The notes under the pieces: model-generated
Seen by the model: only the letters and a program-made list of their open reading frames with translations
The model's database searches: none
What the model was told of the DNA's origin: nothing
Program-made: the position numbers and the translations under genes
DNA from: Thermoanaerobaculia bacterium
GTDB lineage: Bacteria > Acidobacteriota > Thermoanaerobaculia > UBA5066
DNA: 64,000 nt
NCBI GenBank assembly: GCA_963816185.1
Contig: CAWFJJ010000008.1
Location: 128,001 to 192,000 of the forward strand
Direction of reading: 5' to 3'
In this document: piece after piece, positions 63,654-64,000 of the stretch
How the letters are laid out: every line of letters starts with the position of its first letter
How positions within the stretch are numbered: the first letter of the stretch is position 1

Positions 63654-64000
63654 AAAGACGCATTGCCCTCCTCGGCGCGACAGGCTCCATCGGGGACTCG
63701 GCTCTGTCGGTCGTCGCGTACTTCCCGGACCGCTTCGAGATCGTCTCGATGTCCGCCGGCTCGAACCTAGAGAAGCTCCTCCCGGCGATCGCCGCGCACC
63801 GCCCGAGAGTCGTCTCCGTGAAGACGCGTGAGGACGCGGCCCGCCTGAGGCAGGAGTTCCCCGGCCTTTCCGTCGGCTTCGGGCCCCAGGGTCTCGTCGA
63901 CGTGGCGACCATACCGGAAGCGGACGTCGTGCTCGGCGGCATCGTGGGGTCCGTCGGCCTCGTGCCCGCGTACGAGGCTGCGAAGCTCGGCAAGACGCTC
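63650..64000 (+). CDS. dxr: 1-deoxy-D-xylulose 5-phosphate reductoisomerase, partial
   Basis: MKRRIALLGATGSIG, following uppS-cdsA; runs off the window. Confidence 0.93.
   Translation, partial: MKRRIALLGATGSIGDSALSVVAYFPDRFEIVSMSAGSNLEKLLPAIAAHRPRVVSVKTREDAARLRQEFPGLSVGFGPQGLVDVATIPEADVVLGGIVGSVGLVPAYEAAKLGKTL

Overview
High-GC bacterial chromosomal segment, probably Acidobacteriota (Thermoanaerobaculia-like). That assignment is an inference from gene content: a Ser/Thr kinase-TolB-TPR protein, a futalosine menaquinone pathway and a DUF748 protein. Bases 1-11.5 kb are a surface-glycan locus: a methyltransferase, divergent paralogous glycosyltransferases, gmd, GT2/GT4 enzymes and a secreted beta-repeat protein. 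The rest is mostly housekeeping: hicBA, uvrA, tRNA-Lys, an S9 peptidase, a GT-C membrane transferase, tRNA-Leu, tig-clpP-clpX-lon-engB-rho, a Phd/RelE pair, a DRG-like GTPase, DUF748, a Kef-type antiporter, a TPP-riboswitch operon (TonB receptor, PnuC, NadR-type kinase), mqnA-mqnC, pirin, pruA, tRNA-Gln, a thiolase, glnS-gltX, degP, cymR-like-cysK, clpB-hsp20, queE-queC, truA and uppS-cdsA-dxr. No CRISPR array, integrase or transposase was seen. The best candidates for something new are: (1) the TPP-controlled NadR-type kinase, a candidate new thiamine salvage kinase; (2) a set of Y-shaped intergenic palindromes with GAA-capped hairpins, one fused to the tRNA-Gln CCA end; (3) a purine/pyrimidine inverted repeat that builds a signal peptide; (4) a basic tandem-HTH/AT-hook protein; (5) non-canonical ATT and CTG start codons and many leaderless genes. 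The first 1.7 kb shows about four single-base frameshifts that may be sequencing errors.
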